DNA from: Leucoraja ocellata
Taxonomy: Eukaryota
Direction: 5' to 3'
Assembly: GCA_036785375.1 (NCBI GenBank)
Contig: JAWMAR010000005.1
Span: forward strand, 434,001-498,000
Length of the DNA stretch: 64,000 nt
A program made the position numbers and the translations under genes. This document shows positions 37,256-51,702 of this stretch, piece after piece. Position 1 is the stretch's first letter, and each line of letters starts with the position of its first letter. The notes under the pieces were generated by a model. That model had not been told where the DNA came from. It saw only the letters and a list, made by a program, of their open reading frames with translations, and made no database searches.

Positions 37256-37878
37256 CTGCTCTCTCTCTCTCTGTCCTCTCTCTCCCCTCTCTCCCCCTCC
37301 CACTCTCCCCCTCCCTCTATCCCCCCTCCCTCCCCCTCACTCTCCCCACTCCTCCCTCTCTCCTCCCCTCCCTCTCTCCACCCCCCCCCACTCTCCCCTC
37401 CTCCCTCTCTCTTCCCTCTCTCCCCCCCGCCCTCCCCTCTCTCCCCTCTCCTTCCCTCCCCACTGTATCCCCCTCTCTCTCCACCCCTCTCCCCCTCTCT
37501 CTCTCAGCTCCCTCCCACCCTTTCTCCCCCTTCTCTCTCCCCCTCCCTCTCCCCCCTCTCTCCTCCCCTCTCTTCCCCCTCTCTCTCCCCCTATCTACCC
37601 CACTCTTTCCCCCTCTCTCTCCCCCCTCTCTCTCCCCCTCTTTCTCCCTCTCTCCCCCCCTCTCTCCCCCTCTTGCTCTCCCCCCTCCCCGCCCTGTCTC
37701 TCTGTCTCTACCCTCTCTCTCTGCCGCTCTCTCTCTCTCTGCCTCTCAGTCTCTGCCCCTCTCTCTCAATCTCTGCCCCTCTCTCTCTCTCTAACCCCCC
37801 CCCCCCCCCTCCTCCCTCTCTGTGCCTCTGCCTTTTCTCTGCCTCTGCCCTCTCTGTGCCCCTGTCCACTCTGTCTCT
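37256..37878. repeat. ~620-bp C/T-rich low-complexity polypyrimidine tract
   Basis: Almost purely C and T. The Pro/Ser/Leu ORFs here are compositional artefacts. Confidence 0.95.
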
Positions 37879-38078
37879 GAGGGGAGATTAATGGGAGCAT
37901 TATTAATGTGAGAAATAATATCAGCAAGTTGAATCCTGTTCACCATCGTGGAGTTTGCAGCTCTGGGGGGGGGGGGGGGGGGGATTGTTGGTTGGAGGCT
38001 CTGGAAGGCCAATAGGCCGCAGGACCTTTCGGTCATGCTAGGCCTCACTGGTCGGGTCCTCACAGCTCCAAGAGGCAT

Positions 38079-38183
38079 GAATCATCAGTCTGAAGAAGGG
38101 TTTAGGCCCGAAACGTTGCCTATTTCCTTCGCTCCATAGATGCTGCTGCACCCGCTGAGTTTCTCCAGCGTTTTTGTGTACCA
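38079..38183 (+). mobile_element. Solo 105-bp Penelope terminal fragment with a hammerhead core (38090-38114)
   Basis: Flanked by a near-perfect 12-bp direct repeat TCCAAGAG(G/T)CAT (38067-38078, 38184-38195). Confidence 0.7.
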
Positions 38184-39689
38184 TCCAAGAGTCATTCCGG
38201 GAGGTCCTTTGGTCCCAGGAGTCAGAGAGGAGATTAAGAAGAGCATAGTTAGAGTAAGAAATGTTGCTGTAGATATAAAGATTTAGATGAGTGGAGCAAT
38301 TGTAATGTATGATCATAAATCCACTTCTGGGACCTGCACGCAGAGTCGCCTGACTACAGCACCATAGACCAGTTAGAATATTCAGTCTTTTTTTCCAGGG
38401 TAGAAATATCAAACATTAGATATCAAGGCTTTAAGATGAGAGTAGGAAAGTTTAAAGAATATATATGAGGCAACTTCTTGTTTTCACAGAGTGTTAGGTT
38501 CCTGGAACACATTGCCGGGGGAAGTGGTGGAGGCAGATCTGAGTGATAGTTTATAGACATTTCGACATAGACATTAACAAGTAGAGAATGGTGAGACCAT
38601 GTGCAGGCAGATGGGAATAGTTTAAAGTGGCATCATGTTCGACACAGATATGGTGGGCCAAAGAACCTTTCCCTCTGCTGTACTATTCTATGCTTGTGTG
38701 AAACACTTGATCAGAGTACTACATTTTAAGAAAGGAGGAGATAGGAAGAGAGCTTGAACAGGGGGTGGGAGGGGGGAGTGGTGGAAGAGGGGGTAATGAG
38801 GGGTGCATATTAAAGGCATGACCATCAATAGCTGACTGAAAGCAATGAGGAATGTACGAGAGGCCAGCATGTAAGTATCTTCATAAATTATAGGAGCAGA
38901 ATTAGGCCATTCGGCCCATCAGGTATACTTGGCCATTCATTCATGGCTGATCTATCTGTCCCTCTCAACCCCATTCTTCTTCCTTCTCCCCATAATCTCT
39001 GACACCCGTAGCAATCAAGAATCTGTCAATCTCCGCCTTAAATACTGTATATCCATTGACTTGGCCTCCACAGACTACTGGGGCAATGAATTCCACAGAT
39101 TCACCACACTCTGACTTATATGAGACGACCTAAAGTTGAGCAGAGAGATGTGTGATGAGTGACCACATTTTTCAATGGACAATGGATCATCCATTGAATT
39201 GATTCACATTGTTAAATGTATTTCTAACAAGCAGTGGAGATGAATTCAACTCTAAAGAAAACCACATCTGCTTATTTTGGAGGGATTATTTTTAAATGCT
39301 AACTCTGAGTATTTCTTGATGCACGTGAGTTAAGTACTATTGACAAAAAGGCAGGCAAACTACATTTACGTTGAGCCTGCAGAAGTTTAAGGGTGCCTCT
39401 GAACAAGAAATTGCGCAATCTGTCAAGTAACATATTTCAGAAGAGGGAAATTACATTGCAAATTACTTTGCAAGGATTTCTATTTTATCCTGCATGCTTT
39501 TGCATTTTCTCTGAAAAGGAAGTAATGAGGTTACCCGCATACTCAGTTTTCCACTTTTGCCAGAAAGTTTCTCCCTCCCTTGTCCAAAACCCGTTACGAG
39601 TTTGACCATGGTCCACAGGGTTTTAGTTTAGTTTAAAGATACAGCGGCCCACCAAATCCGCGCCGACTAGCAATCACCCATACACTGTG

Positions 39690-39955
39690 TGCACGGTGGC
39701 GCAGCGGTAGAGTGCTGCCTTACAGTGCAAAAAAAAACACGGGTTCACCCTAACTACAGTTGCTGTCTGTTTTTCCAGGTGCTCCGGTTTCCTCCAACAC
39801 TCCAAAGATATACAGGATTGTAGGTTAATTGGCTTTGGTAGAAATTGTAAAATTGTCCCTAGTATGTAGGATAATGCTGGTGTGCGGGATGATCACTGGT
39901 CGGCATGGATTCGGTGGGCTGAAGGGCCCGTTTTCACACTATATCGCTAAAGATT
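39690..39955 (+). mobile_element. tRNA-headed V-SINE (HE1-like); other copies at ~1140-1365(-), 3395-3680(-), 24870-25145(+), 25505-25780(-), 39980-40200(-)
   Basis: A-box-like GGTGGCGCAGCGGT head, core CTCCGGTTTCCTCC.ACACTCCAAAGA, CR1-like tail GGGCTGAAGGGCC.GTTT. Confidence 0.75.
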
Positions 39956-42900
39956 AAAGAAAAAGAAAAAGAAAAGGCTAGTTCTATCCTATATATTTGT
40001 GATAATTTACAGAAGCCAATTGACCCACAAACCTGCATGTTTTAAGAATGTGGAAGACAATTGGAGGACCCGGAGATAACCTACGCAGTCACAGGGAGAA
40101 CATAAAATATCTCTGTACAGGCAGTACCCGTGGTCAGGAACTAACCCGGGTCTCTGGCACTGTAAGGAAGCAACTCTATCGCTGCACTACTGTGCTGCCC
40201 CGCTGCTCAAGTTAATGAAGGACTGGTTTCTCCATTTATATCATGTTTAATACAAATGAGGCTTGACAAACTTCTGTTAATGTGTCAGTTGTTATAATTT
40301 AAAAATAGTCCCTCTAAAATAACTGATGTGGTTTTATTTAGAGCTAACTTCCTCTTTCATTGCTTTTTAAAAAGGCTTATCCAATGTAAATGAATTCAGA
40401 TTTCATGATAGAGTTTTCCTGCAAAATTTGGTCAGGTCATTCAGGTATCACAGTAAAAAACAATTCAGTGCATTTCCTTTAAGTGCCAAAACTATATAAT
40501 CTGCAAACTCATAATATGCAGAAATTTAGGAAATGTAACCATAAGAGAAAAAGGGCAAACAGCATGAAAATAGCCTCTGGGACTGACAGACGTGAAGCAT
40601 TGTTCATATTCCACAGTAGCTTTGTGAGGCTGGTCATGACACACAATAACTCCAGTCCTTGTCAATAGACAATAGGTGCAGGAGTAGGCCATTCGGCCCT
40701 TCGAGCCAGCACCACCATTCAATGTGATCATGGCTGATCAACCCCAATCAGTACCCCGTTCCTGCTTTCTCCCCATATCCCCTGACTGCTATCTTTAAGA
40801 GCCCTATCTAGTCTTGATCCATTGCAATTCACCTACCACCAAAACCGGTCCACAGCAGACGTCATTTCCCTGGCTGTGCAACACCTGGTTAACAAGGACA
40901 CCTCAATAGTGCTTTATTTGTCACATATGCAACTGCACAGAGAAATTCCTCTTGTACATATTACACATGCGGGCGCTGACATTATTGGCACTATTATGTC
41001 CAGTCGGCCCCCACGCTCGATACACTGGAGCATCATTCCTCTCTCCTTTCCTTCTCTGGCCATCTTTGTGTCCTGAGGGTACCTCCTGCAGCCAACCTTG
41101 AAGACGCTGGAGGCATTACCCTAGTTCACCCTCCGACATCGGTCCTTGCCCCTTGCATCCGACTTCTCCAGCTCCTTCCTGGTTACGTTGTTCGCCAAGC
41201 CTTTGCCGAACCTACACCAGACTCCTATTATTATTGACCATAGCTTCACCTTTGTAAACAAGAGCCAGAGACAGTGTGTGATTTAAACACATCTTTAATG
41301 AGCACTTGAAACTTAGCAGCGTTGAGGACGACAGGTTGTCAGTGCATCCTAGCTGCTCGAACTGCAGTGCTGGAAACGAGTGTTAATATAAGTGTTATAG
41401 TGGGGTGGAGTTAGTGATGCTGGCTTATGTGTGATTGGTTCACATGCATCATCAATCTACAACCTTGAACACCATAAGTCCAGCCAAATGAGAGAGTGTG
41501 GGTCTTTGATGATGCTGGCTCCCTTTTTGAGGCAGTGACTCCTGTAGGTCCTTTGATGGTAGAGAAGTCAATACCCGTGATGGACTGTGCAGTGTTCACC
41601 ACTTTTTACATTCTTCTTTATTCCTGGATGTTTGAGTTGCACTACCAGGCCGTGATGCAACCAGTCAATATGCTCTCCAAACTCCTGAACTGATGAGTCA
41701 GTACCCACCTCTACAATTGGATCCTTGACTTCCTGACCACAATCAGTCAGGATAGACAACAAATACATATTGATTTTGTTGGCTTCTTTCTCAAGGCAAT
41801 GTGAAGTGTAGATGGAGTCATTGGTGGGGATATTGGTCCATGTGATGGACTGGGACACATCCACAACTTCCAGAAATTCCTTTCAGCACTTTGTGCCTTG
41901 TCCCAAAATGACACCTATCCGTGTTCTCCAGAAATGCTGCCTGACCAGTTGAGTTACTCCAGCACTTTGTGTCTTTTTTGGTAAACCAGTATCTATATCT
42001 GAGGTTATGAACACCAAACCTTACAACACTTATGTCTTACTTTTTCCTTAAATTTGACCTCCCAAAGTACAACACCATTCACTTGCTCAGATTAAACTGC
42101 AACTGTCATTTCTCCACCTATTTCTGTATTTCATTGTATATTTTGACAACCTTCCTTACTGTCCACAACTCCACCAATTTTGGTGTTGTCTGCAAACTTA
42201 CTTACCTAGCCATCTACATTTACGTCCAGGTTATGCTTACATATGTTTGCTCTTTCTTTTGGACCAAATTTTTGACCTCCTTCGTCATCCAAAGTTCCTT
42301 TCCTCAACAACTTGTCCCAAGGTCCAGACTTATTCTCATTCATAGCTTCGTATCCTCATAAGCTATAAGATAGTTATGAATAAAGACAGGTCTGGACCTT
42401 GGGGGTAGGTATTAAATTGTAGTACAGCAAATGACAACAATATTAGGTAGCAACTAGCAAAAGTAAGTTGGGAGTTTAAGAAACAATTAGAAACATAGAA
42501 ACATAGAAATTAGGTGCAGGAGTAGGCCATTCGGCCCTTCGAGCCTGCACCACCATTCAATATGATCATGGCTGATCATCCAACTCAGTATCCCGTACCT
42601 GCCTTCTCTCCATACCCTCTGATCCCCTTGGCCACAAGGGCCACATCTAACTCCCTCTTAAATATAGCCAATGAACTGGCCTCGACTACCCTCTGTGGCA
42701 GAGAGTTCCAGAGATTCACCACTCTCTGTGTGAAAAAAGTTCTCCTAATCTCGGTTTTAAAGGATTTCCCCCTTATCCTTAAGCTGTGACCCCTTGTCCT
42801 GGACTTCCCCAACATTAGACATGTACATGTATGACAGAAGGTCCCATATGATTCCATGACTATGGATAGGGCAGGTTTAGAGGGATATGGACTAAATGCA

Positions 42901-44154
42901 GGCAGATGGAACTAGTGTAGATTGGGCATGTTGTTTTGTGTGGGCAAGTTGGGCCGAAGGGCCTGTTTCCACACTGTATGATACGATACGATAGAACTTT
43001 ATTCATACCCAGAGGGGAATTGGTCTGCCAACAGTCACAACACACAACAGGAACACGAAAACGTGAAATTAAATTTAAATTAAAATAAAAGTGAAAAAAA
43101 AAGACAAGTGACTTGGCTGGCTGTCATGTGTACAGTTGCTTAACTGGAATGAACAAACAAACAAACACAGGGTTATCTCCTGGGCAGAGGATTCTAACAC
43201 TAGAGTCCCCACCCTCTCACCCACACTGGTTCCTTTGTTCTCCCACCTTCCCTCATGGCGGTCGTCCTACGCTGGGTCCTCCATTGTTCTTCTTGGTGGT
43301 CCCCCGCGCCAGGTCCTCCATTGTCTTCCCCTCTCACTCGCACGCTCATCGATCGCTGATCGCATGACAATCACGAGGCCCCATCACCGCCGAGGCCCCA
43401 CCGCCGCCAAGGTTCCCGTTGCTGCCGAGGCTCACACCGCCCCGGACTCCTTTGGCACAGACAGGCCTTGCTGCCCGGGTTCTCTGCAGTCCCCTGGGAG
43501 GCATGTGCAAGTCAGGCCCCTGGGTGAGTAGGGCCTACCGGGGTGTGTTCTGGTTGGCGGCGTGGTTCTTCGGTGGGTGGATCAGGTCTGTATGGCTCCC
43601 TGGGACTCTATTGACTCTATGACTCTATTGTTATTGGGTAAGTTCACATCTGACATGCGGGGGCCTATTAAAGTCCAAATGATCAAAAGTTCAAAACCGG
43701 CATGTTCCAGTCAGGAGGAGGGACATGGTTGTCAAGGTTGGGTACATTAGACGGCAATAAATGTCAGTCGCATGGCTAGAACCAAATACCAGTACATTCC
43801 AGTAAGGTCACTTTTCGAATTTAACTACCCACACACTTTTCAAGAACGCTTTCCGGATTGAATCTAACAAACCCTGCCCTAACTATGCCTCTAGCACAAA
43901 GGAAGTCTGAGTTAATATTGGGGAAGTTAAAAAATCGCTCTTTCTGACAACCCTGATAGTTTTAAAGTTTCCTGTAATCAGTTTATATATTTGTTCTATT
44001 TCCTGCTGGTTTTTGGAGGGCCCATTATATCATCCCGTCAGCATGATCGTGCCTTTGTTTAATGTGAACTTTACCCGCTGTGAATAAACTACCCACAGTG
44101 GATTAATCCTCTAGTATGTCCTCTCCAAGTGCCACTGTGAACTTCTCCCTAATA

Positions 44155-47100
44155 TAACATAACATATAACCATATAACAATTACAGCACGGAAACAGGCC
44201 ATCTCGGCCCTACTAGTCGGTGCCGAACAACTTTTTTGCCTTAGTCCCACCTGCCTACACTCATACCATAACCCTCCATTCCCTTCTCATCCATATGCCT
44301 ATCCAATTTATTTCTAAATGATACCAACGAACCTGCCTCCACCACTTCCACTGGAAGCTCATTCCACACCGCTACCACTCTCTGAGTAAAGAAGGAACTC
44401 ATGTTACCCCTAAACTTCTGTCCCTTAATTCTGAAGTCATGTCCTCTTGTTTGAATCTTCCCTATTCTCAAAGGGAAAAGCTGATCCACATCTACTCTGT
44501 CTATCCCTCTCATCATTTTAATGACCTCTATCAAGTCCCCCCTTAACCTTCTGCACTCCAGAGAATAAAGACCTAACTTATTCAACCTTTCTCTGCGACT
44601 TAGTTGTTTAACTCCAGGCAACATTCTAGTAAATCTCCTCTATACTCTCTCTATTTTGTTGACATCCTTCCTATAATTGGGTGACCAAAATTGTACACCA
44701 TACTCCAGATTTGGTCTCACCAATGCCTTGTACAATTTTAACATTACATCCCAGCTTCTATACTCAATGCTCTGATTTATAAAGGCTAGCATACCAAAAG
44801 CTTTCTTTACCACCCTATCTATATGAGATTCCACCTTCAAGGAACTATGCACGGTTATTCCCAGATCCCTCTGTTCAACTGTATTCTTCAATTCCTTACC
44901 ATTTACCATGTACGTCCTATTTTGATTTGTCCTGCCAAGGTGTAGCACCTCACATTTATCAGCACTAAACTCCATCTACCATCTTTCAGCCCATTCTTCC
45001 AAATGGCCTAAATCACTCTGTAGGCTTTGAAAATCCTCTTCATAATCCACAACACCCCCTATCTTGGTATCATCTGCATGCTTACTAATCCAATTTACCA
45101 CACCTTCATCCAGATCATTGATGTACACGACAAACAACAAAGGACCCAACACCGATCCCTGAGGCACCCCACTAGTCACCTGCTTCCAACCCGACAAACA
45201 ACCATCCACCATTACCCTCTGGCTTCTCCCATTCAGCCACTGTTGAATCCATCTTGCTACTCCTGCATTTATACCCAACAGTTGAACCTTCTTAACCAAT
45301 CTTCCATGAGGAACCTTGTCAAAGGCCTAACTAAAGTCCATATAGACAACATCCACTGCTTTACCGTCATCAATTTCCCTAGTAACCTCTTCAAAAAATT
45401 CAAGAAGAATAGTCAAACATGACCTTCCAGGCACAAATCCATGCTGACTGTTCCTAATCAGACCCTGTTTATCCAGATGCTTATATATATTATCTCTAAG
45501 TATCTTTTCCATTAATTTCCCCACCACTGAACTCCAACTAACAGGCCTATAATTGCTAGGTTTACTCTTAGAACCCTTTTTAAACAATGGAACAACATGC
45601 GCAGTACGCCAATCCTCGGGGACTTTTCCCGTTTCTAATGACATTTGAAATATTTCTGTCATAGCCCCGGCTATTTCTACACTAACTTCCCTCAATGTCC
45701 TAGGGAATATCCTGTCAGGACCTGGAGACTTATCCACTTTTATATTTTTCAAAAGTATCAGTACTTCTTTTACTTTGAAACCCATAGTATCCATAGCTAC
45801 TCTACTAGTTTCCCTTACCTCACATAATTCAATATCCTTCTCCTTGGTGAATACCGAACAAAATAAATTGTTCAATATCTCCCCCATCTCTTTTGGCTCT
45901 GCAGATAGCTGTCCACTCTGTCTCTCCAATGGACCAATTTGATCCCTCGTTATCCTTTTGCTATTAATATAGCTGTAGAAACCCTTTGGATTTACTTTCA
46001 CCTTACTTGCCAAAGCAACCTCATGTGTTCTTTTAGCTTTTCTAATTTCTTTCTTAAGATTCTTTTTACATTCCTTATACTCCTCAAGCACCTCATTTAC
46101 TTCATGCTGCCTATAATTATTGTAGACCTCCCTCTTTTTCCGAACAAGATGTCCAATTTCCCTTGAAACCCAGGGCTCTTTCCAATTTTTACTGGTTCCT
46201 TTCAACCGAACAGGAACATAAAGATTCTGTACTCTTAAAATTTCCTCTTTAAACATCCTCCATTTCTCTTCTACATCCTTCCCATAAAACAAAATGTCCC
46301 AGTTCACTCCTTTTAAATCATTTCGCATCTCATCAAAGTTAGCCTTTCTCCAATCAAAAATCTCAACCCTAGGTCCAGTTCTGACCCTCTCCATAATTAT
46401 ATTGAAACTAATGGTATTGTGATCACTGGACCCGAAGTGTTCCCCAACGCATACCTCCGCCACCTGTCCCGTCTCATTTCCTAACAGGAGGTCCAGCACT
46501 GCCCCTCCTCTAGTAGGTACCTCTATGTATTGCTGCAAAAAACTATCCTGCACACAATTTACAAACTCCAACCCATCCAGCCCATTTACCGAATGTGTTT
46601 CCCAGTCTATGTGTGGAAAGTTGAAATCTCCCACAATCACTACTTTGTGCTTACTACTAATATCTGCTATCTCCTTACATATTTGCTCTTCCAATTCTTG
46701 ATCCCCATTTGGCGGTCTATAATACACCCCTATAAGTGTTGCCACCCCTTTCCCACTTCTCAGTTCCACCCAAATAGCCTCCCTAGATGAGCCCTCCAAT
46801 CTATCCTGCCAAATCACTGCTGTAATATCTTCCCTGACTAGTAATGCAACACCTCCACCTCTTGCCCCTCCAATTCTATCACACCTGAAGCACCGAAATC
46901 CTGGAATATTTAGTTTCCAATCACAGCCCTCCTGCAACCATGTTTCGCAACATCATACTTCCAGGTGTCTATCCAGACTCTAAGCTCATCCACCTTTCTT
47001 ACAATGCTCCTAGCATTAAAATATGCACATTTAAGAAACCCCCCGCCTCTTATTCTCTGTTTATTTCCTTTTTTTTCTTTCTCCTCTTGTGCCCGAGTGC

Positions 47101-48350
47101 TTCCCTTTTCTGCTTCCTGCCTCCCATTCTGTCTACTAGCTTTCTCTATTTGAGTCCCTCGCCCCAACCATTCTAGTTTAAAGTCCCTCCAGTAGCCTTT
47201 GCAAATTTCCCTGCCAGGATATTGGTCCCCCTCGGGTTCAAGTGCAACCCATCCTTTCTGTACAGGTCCCACCTTCCCCAAAAGAAGTTCCAATGATCCA
47301 GAAACTTGAATCCCTGCCCTCTGCACCAGTCTTTCAGCCACGCATTTATCCTCCACCTCGCTCCATTCCTACTCTCACTGTCGTGTGGCACAGGCAGTAA
47401 TCCTGAGATTGTTACGTTTTTGGTCCTTTTCCTTAACTCTCCTCCCAACTCCCTAAATCCTCCCTTCAGGACCTCTTCCCTTTTTTTACCTATGTCATTG
47501 GTACCTATATGTACCACAACCTCAGGCTCCTCTCCCTCTGATTTCAGGATATCTTGGACGCGTTGAGACACGTCCGAGACCTTGGCACCAGGGAGGCAGA
47601 CCACCATCCTGATCTCCCGACTGCGTCCACAGAATCGCCTATCCGACCCCCTAACAATAGAGTCCCCAATTACTATTGCCCTCTTCTTTTTGTCCCTACC
47701 TTCAGGAGCAACAGGGCCGGTCTCTGTGCTGGAGGCCCGTCCGCTCTCGCTACCCCCGGGCAGGCTGTCACCCCCATCTGTACTCAAACAGGAGTACTTA
47801 TTTGCAAGGTGTACCGACATTGGAGTACTCACTCGTCCCTGCCTCTGCCCCTTGTCCTTCCTTAGCATGACCCACATGTCTCTCTCCCGTGGTTTTGGAG
47901 TGACCACCTCCCTATAACTCCCCTCAATGACCTCCTCACTCTCCCTGACCAGACAGAGGTCATCGAGCTGCTGCTCCAGGATCCTAATACGGTCCCTTAG
48001 GAGCTCCATCTCACTGCACCTGGTGCAGATGTGCACGTCTGGAGGGCCATCCCACACCATGACCTCCCATATCTGACATCCCGAACAGTACACTGCTCTG
48101 GCTGTCATTCTCCCACCTTACCCTGAATCCGATACAAGTATAATACAATAGAAACTGCAGGGAGAAATCAGCAGGTATCTGACTCACAACAGCTGCTCCC
48201 TCGTGACCATTAAACTGCACCTTTATTATATAAACACAAAGCACTGTACCCTTAGCTCACTGTACCTTTACTAAAGCACTGTACCTTTAGTCCACTGTAC
48301 CCTTAGCTCACTGTTCCTTTACTAAAGCACTGTACCTTTAACCAGATAAC
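44155..48350 (-). mobile_element. Near full-length CR1-clade LINE: ORF1 with Cys-finger and SGNH esterase, ORF2 APE endonuclease + RT with a few disablements
   Basis: ORF 47173-48108 contains GDSIVR, HIGTND and DGLHLN. ORF2 pieces contain [30 protein letters not shown] and ADD. The 3' tail is a (CCATATAA)-like microsatellite at ~44150-44180. Confidence 0.92.
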
Positions 48351-49382
48351 AGAAATGCTAACCTGAGGTTGCACCCAATCAGCTGCTTCCTCTAGTCTGC
48401 TTTTACCAATCAGCGGCTTCCACCAGAACCCTCCCTATGGAGTATGTATTTCGGTAAGCCCTGACCCTCCTCCACTCGCTCCAATGATCCCAGGCCTCTG
48501 TAAAAGCAAGCCCGCGCTCGATTTATATACTCACCGCCCTGACCCTCCTCCACTCGCTCCAACGATCCCAGGCCTCTGTGATCAGTAATGCATTTCCTCC
48601 ACCTCACAGCCAAACTTCCTGCTTGATCAGGAACCATCAGCACAGGAGCACCTCAAGGCTGGGTGCTCAGCCCCGTACTCTGTACCCATTAATGTGTGAC
48701 CGGACACAGTTCCAATTCCATCTTCAAATCTGCCGACGACACCACCATAGTTGAACCAATTATGGATGATGATGAGTCAGAGTATTGGGGGGAGATCGAT
48801 CAACTGACCAAATGGTGCCAAGAAACAGATCCGCATCATCGTGGCCATACTCTCATCTCCCTGTGCCATCAGGAAGAAGGTACAGGAGCCTGAAGGCTGT
48901 TACCTCCAAGTTGAAGAACAGCTTCTTCCCATCAACAATCAAGTTCTTGAACCACAACCCTACTTCAGCACCTCACTATGGACTATTATGATTGCTCCAT
49001 GTAATTTGGTGGGTTTTTGCACAGCCATCGCCCCATTTATTTAGGATAACATAATTGAAAGTGCATTTATTTCTTGTTGTAGCTGTGTGTCGGAAACTGC
49101 AGCAAGTAAGAATTTCGCTGTTGCAGTTCATTTCTGGTTTCTTGACTCCTGGTAAAGAAGGTCTACCATATACTTGGTGTCATTGACCAGGACATTGAGT
49201 GTAAAAGCTGGCAAGTCATGTTGCAGCTGCATGAAACTTTGGTTGGGCAGAGTTGTTTGTGCAGTTCTGGTCACCACATTACAGGAATGATGTGGCGGCT
49301 TTGAAGACGTTGTAGAAGATGTTTACCAGAATGCTGCCTGGGCATTAGTTATCTGGCGAGGTTGCATAAATCAGAGGGAATA

Positions 49383-49690
49383 GAGCCTTTTCTGTTGCTG
49401 CCCCGGCACTCTGGAACACCTTGCCGCTGCAGATCAGACAGGCCCCTTCACTGTCCATCTTTAAATCCTCCCTAAAAACTCACTTTTATTCACTGGCTTT
49501 CGACACTGGCTGAGACATTGTTCCTGTTTTTAGTGCTTTTAATGTCTTTTAATTTTTACTGTTTTTATAGTCCTGTCGTCTTAATGGTTTTAGTAGTTTG
49601 TAATAACTTTTTGTTGACTTCCCATGTACAGCACTTTGTGGTAACTGATGTTGTCTAAAAGCGCTTTATAAATAAAGTTATTATTATTAT
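49383..49690 (+). mobile_element. L2-clade LINE 3' end
   Basis: Encodes AFSVAAPALWNTLP...FKSSLKTHFY and ends AATAAAG(TTA)n. Confidence 0.75.
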
Positions 49691-50664
49691 AAATGTGGAC
49701 TATTTTCTCTAGAGCATCCAAGGCTGAGGGGTAATCTAATGGAACATTTATAAAATTCTGAGACAGAGTACCTTTATGTCTGAGGAAACCTAGTCTCTCA
49801 CTAGTTACCCTCTTTCCTTTAATGTACTTTTGGACGAGTCATAGTGTTACACAGCATGGAAACAGGTCCTTCAGTCCAAAATTCCCAAGTTGACCACAAG
49901 ATGTCCCATCTGCACTACTTCCACTGGCCCAGACTTACCCCATATCTCTCTAAAACTTTCCTATCCATGTACCTGTCCACATGTATTTTAAATGCAGTTA
50001 TCGTACCTGCCTTGACTACCTTTTCTGTCAGATCATTCCTTATATCCACCATCCTCTGTTTGAAAACGTTGCCCCTCAGTTTTCTATTGAATCTTTCCTC
50101 TCTCGTCTATGTCCTCTGGTTCTTGATTCCCCAACTCTGGGTAAAAGACACTGTGCATTCACACTACCTATCCCCTTCATGATCCTATAAATTTCTATAA
50201 GGTAATCCCTCGGCCTCCTGGGCTCCAAGGAATAAAACCCTGGCCAGCCCAACCTCTTGTTATAGTTAGGGCCTTCAAGTTGTGACAACATGCTTATACA
50301 TCTCCTTTGCACACATTCTCACTTAACAATATTCTTACTGTAACAAATGAATTATCTTCACTATCTATGAAATCAGCCATTTTAGTGTCACTGCAAACTC
50401 ACTAATCATGCCTTCTACATTCTCAGCCAAATCGCTGATATAAACTGCACAGCAATGGGCACAGCACCGATCCCTGGAACACACCACATAGACTTCCAGT
50501 CCGATAAACAACCCATCACCATCACCCTCTGCTGCCTTCCATGAAGCCAATTTTTTATCCAGTTGATTAACTTTATAGATGGGAACCAGTTGATTAACTG
50601 GATCCCACTATATTACTAAAAGTCTGATCTTGACCGCTTTTGGCCCACTTTATAACCATATAAC

Positions 50665-51702
50665 TAGGTATGTTACAAAACCTACCCGAATCGTGGCTGA
50701 GCATCTGCCCTACCCCGTGTGCGCGATTTTGGCGCTGTTTAGAGGGGGCGGGTTTAAAACGCGATTTTTACTAGGCTGTTGCAATCGAAAATGTTCAGCC
50801 TAGTAAATCATTAACGGAAAATCGCTGGAAGACCCCGTCGCAAAAGGTATTATTAGTTTTTATGGCCTTGTATAATAGTTATAGTAGTCTAAAAATCACT
50901 CTCTAAACTCGCAACCTCTCGCAGCCCCAGGGTTTTATAAAGCAAACAGTTAAAGGTATGTACCTTATTTTTACATTAAATGGGGCTTCTTAAGAACCCT
51001 GTATATAAAGTTTTCTATAGCGAGTAGTTCATTTTGGGCTCTTTATATCCCGCAGTATTTTTCTGGGCACTTGAGGGCACAAATCCAGCGCAATGTGAAC
51101 GTTCTAAACCAGCGCGTTCACAGGAACCCACTAGAAAGCCGATTTAAAATGGACTTTAATTTACAGCAATTGAACACTAAATTCCTTCCATTTGGCCTAT
51201 AAATTGATGTAAATGAGATTTAAAAATCATGTTTTATCGTGAATTATTTGTGAATATTATTTGGACACGGGCTATTTAAAAATGTTAATCATTTATTAAG
51301 AAATTGATAGATGTTTAGATCTAGTAATTGAAGTTTGAAATTAGCTACAATTGGGTAACTAACTAATTATATGTTTTAATTTCAGGTCATCCAAGTAAGA
51401 TTATTTTATATTTGTTTCAGAATGCTTCAATCTGTGATAACTGAAAATTTCATTCAGTTCTCTTAATTTTTAAGAAGGTTATGGGCTTTTGACTGTCCAC
51501 GGTCACAGCTTTTTTGTTATGTCCATAGAAAATCAATAGGGAACAAGATGCTAATTTCCGAGTATGAAAATGGCCATAACCTTTTTATTACTTGAGATAT
51601 GAAAGTGAATTACGTGTCAAATTAAACTTATTGTTATGCTTTATCTGATGGGATAAATTGCAGACTTGATTTTTTAAATCTCAAAATTTTGTAACATTGC
51701 TA
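50665..51702. mobile_element. MITE / non-autonomous TIR element
   Basis: TIRs TAGGTATGTTACAAAA / TTTTGTAACATTGCTA (14/16 match), flanked by ATATAAC, inserted in a CR1 microsatellite tail. Confidence 0.75.

Noticed and set aside
36985-37891. Long Pro/Ser/Leu-rich ORFs in three frames
   Set aside because: A C/T low-complexity tract lacks stop codons by composition.
40390-40445. Possible leader exon after the RUNX/PU.1 motifs
   Set aside because: The peptide MNSDFMIEFSCKIWSGHS has no hydrophobic core and the donor site is weak.
47173-48108. Host SGNH/GDSL esterase gene
   Set aside because: It is ORF1 of the CR1 element, directly upstream of the endonuclease-RT ORF2.
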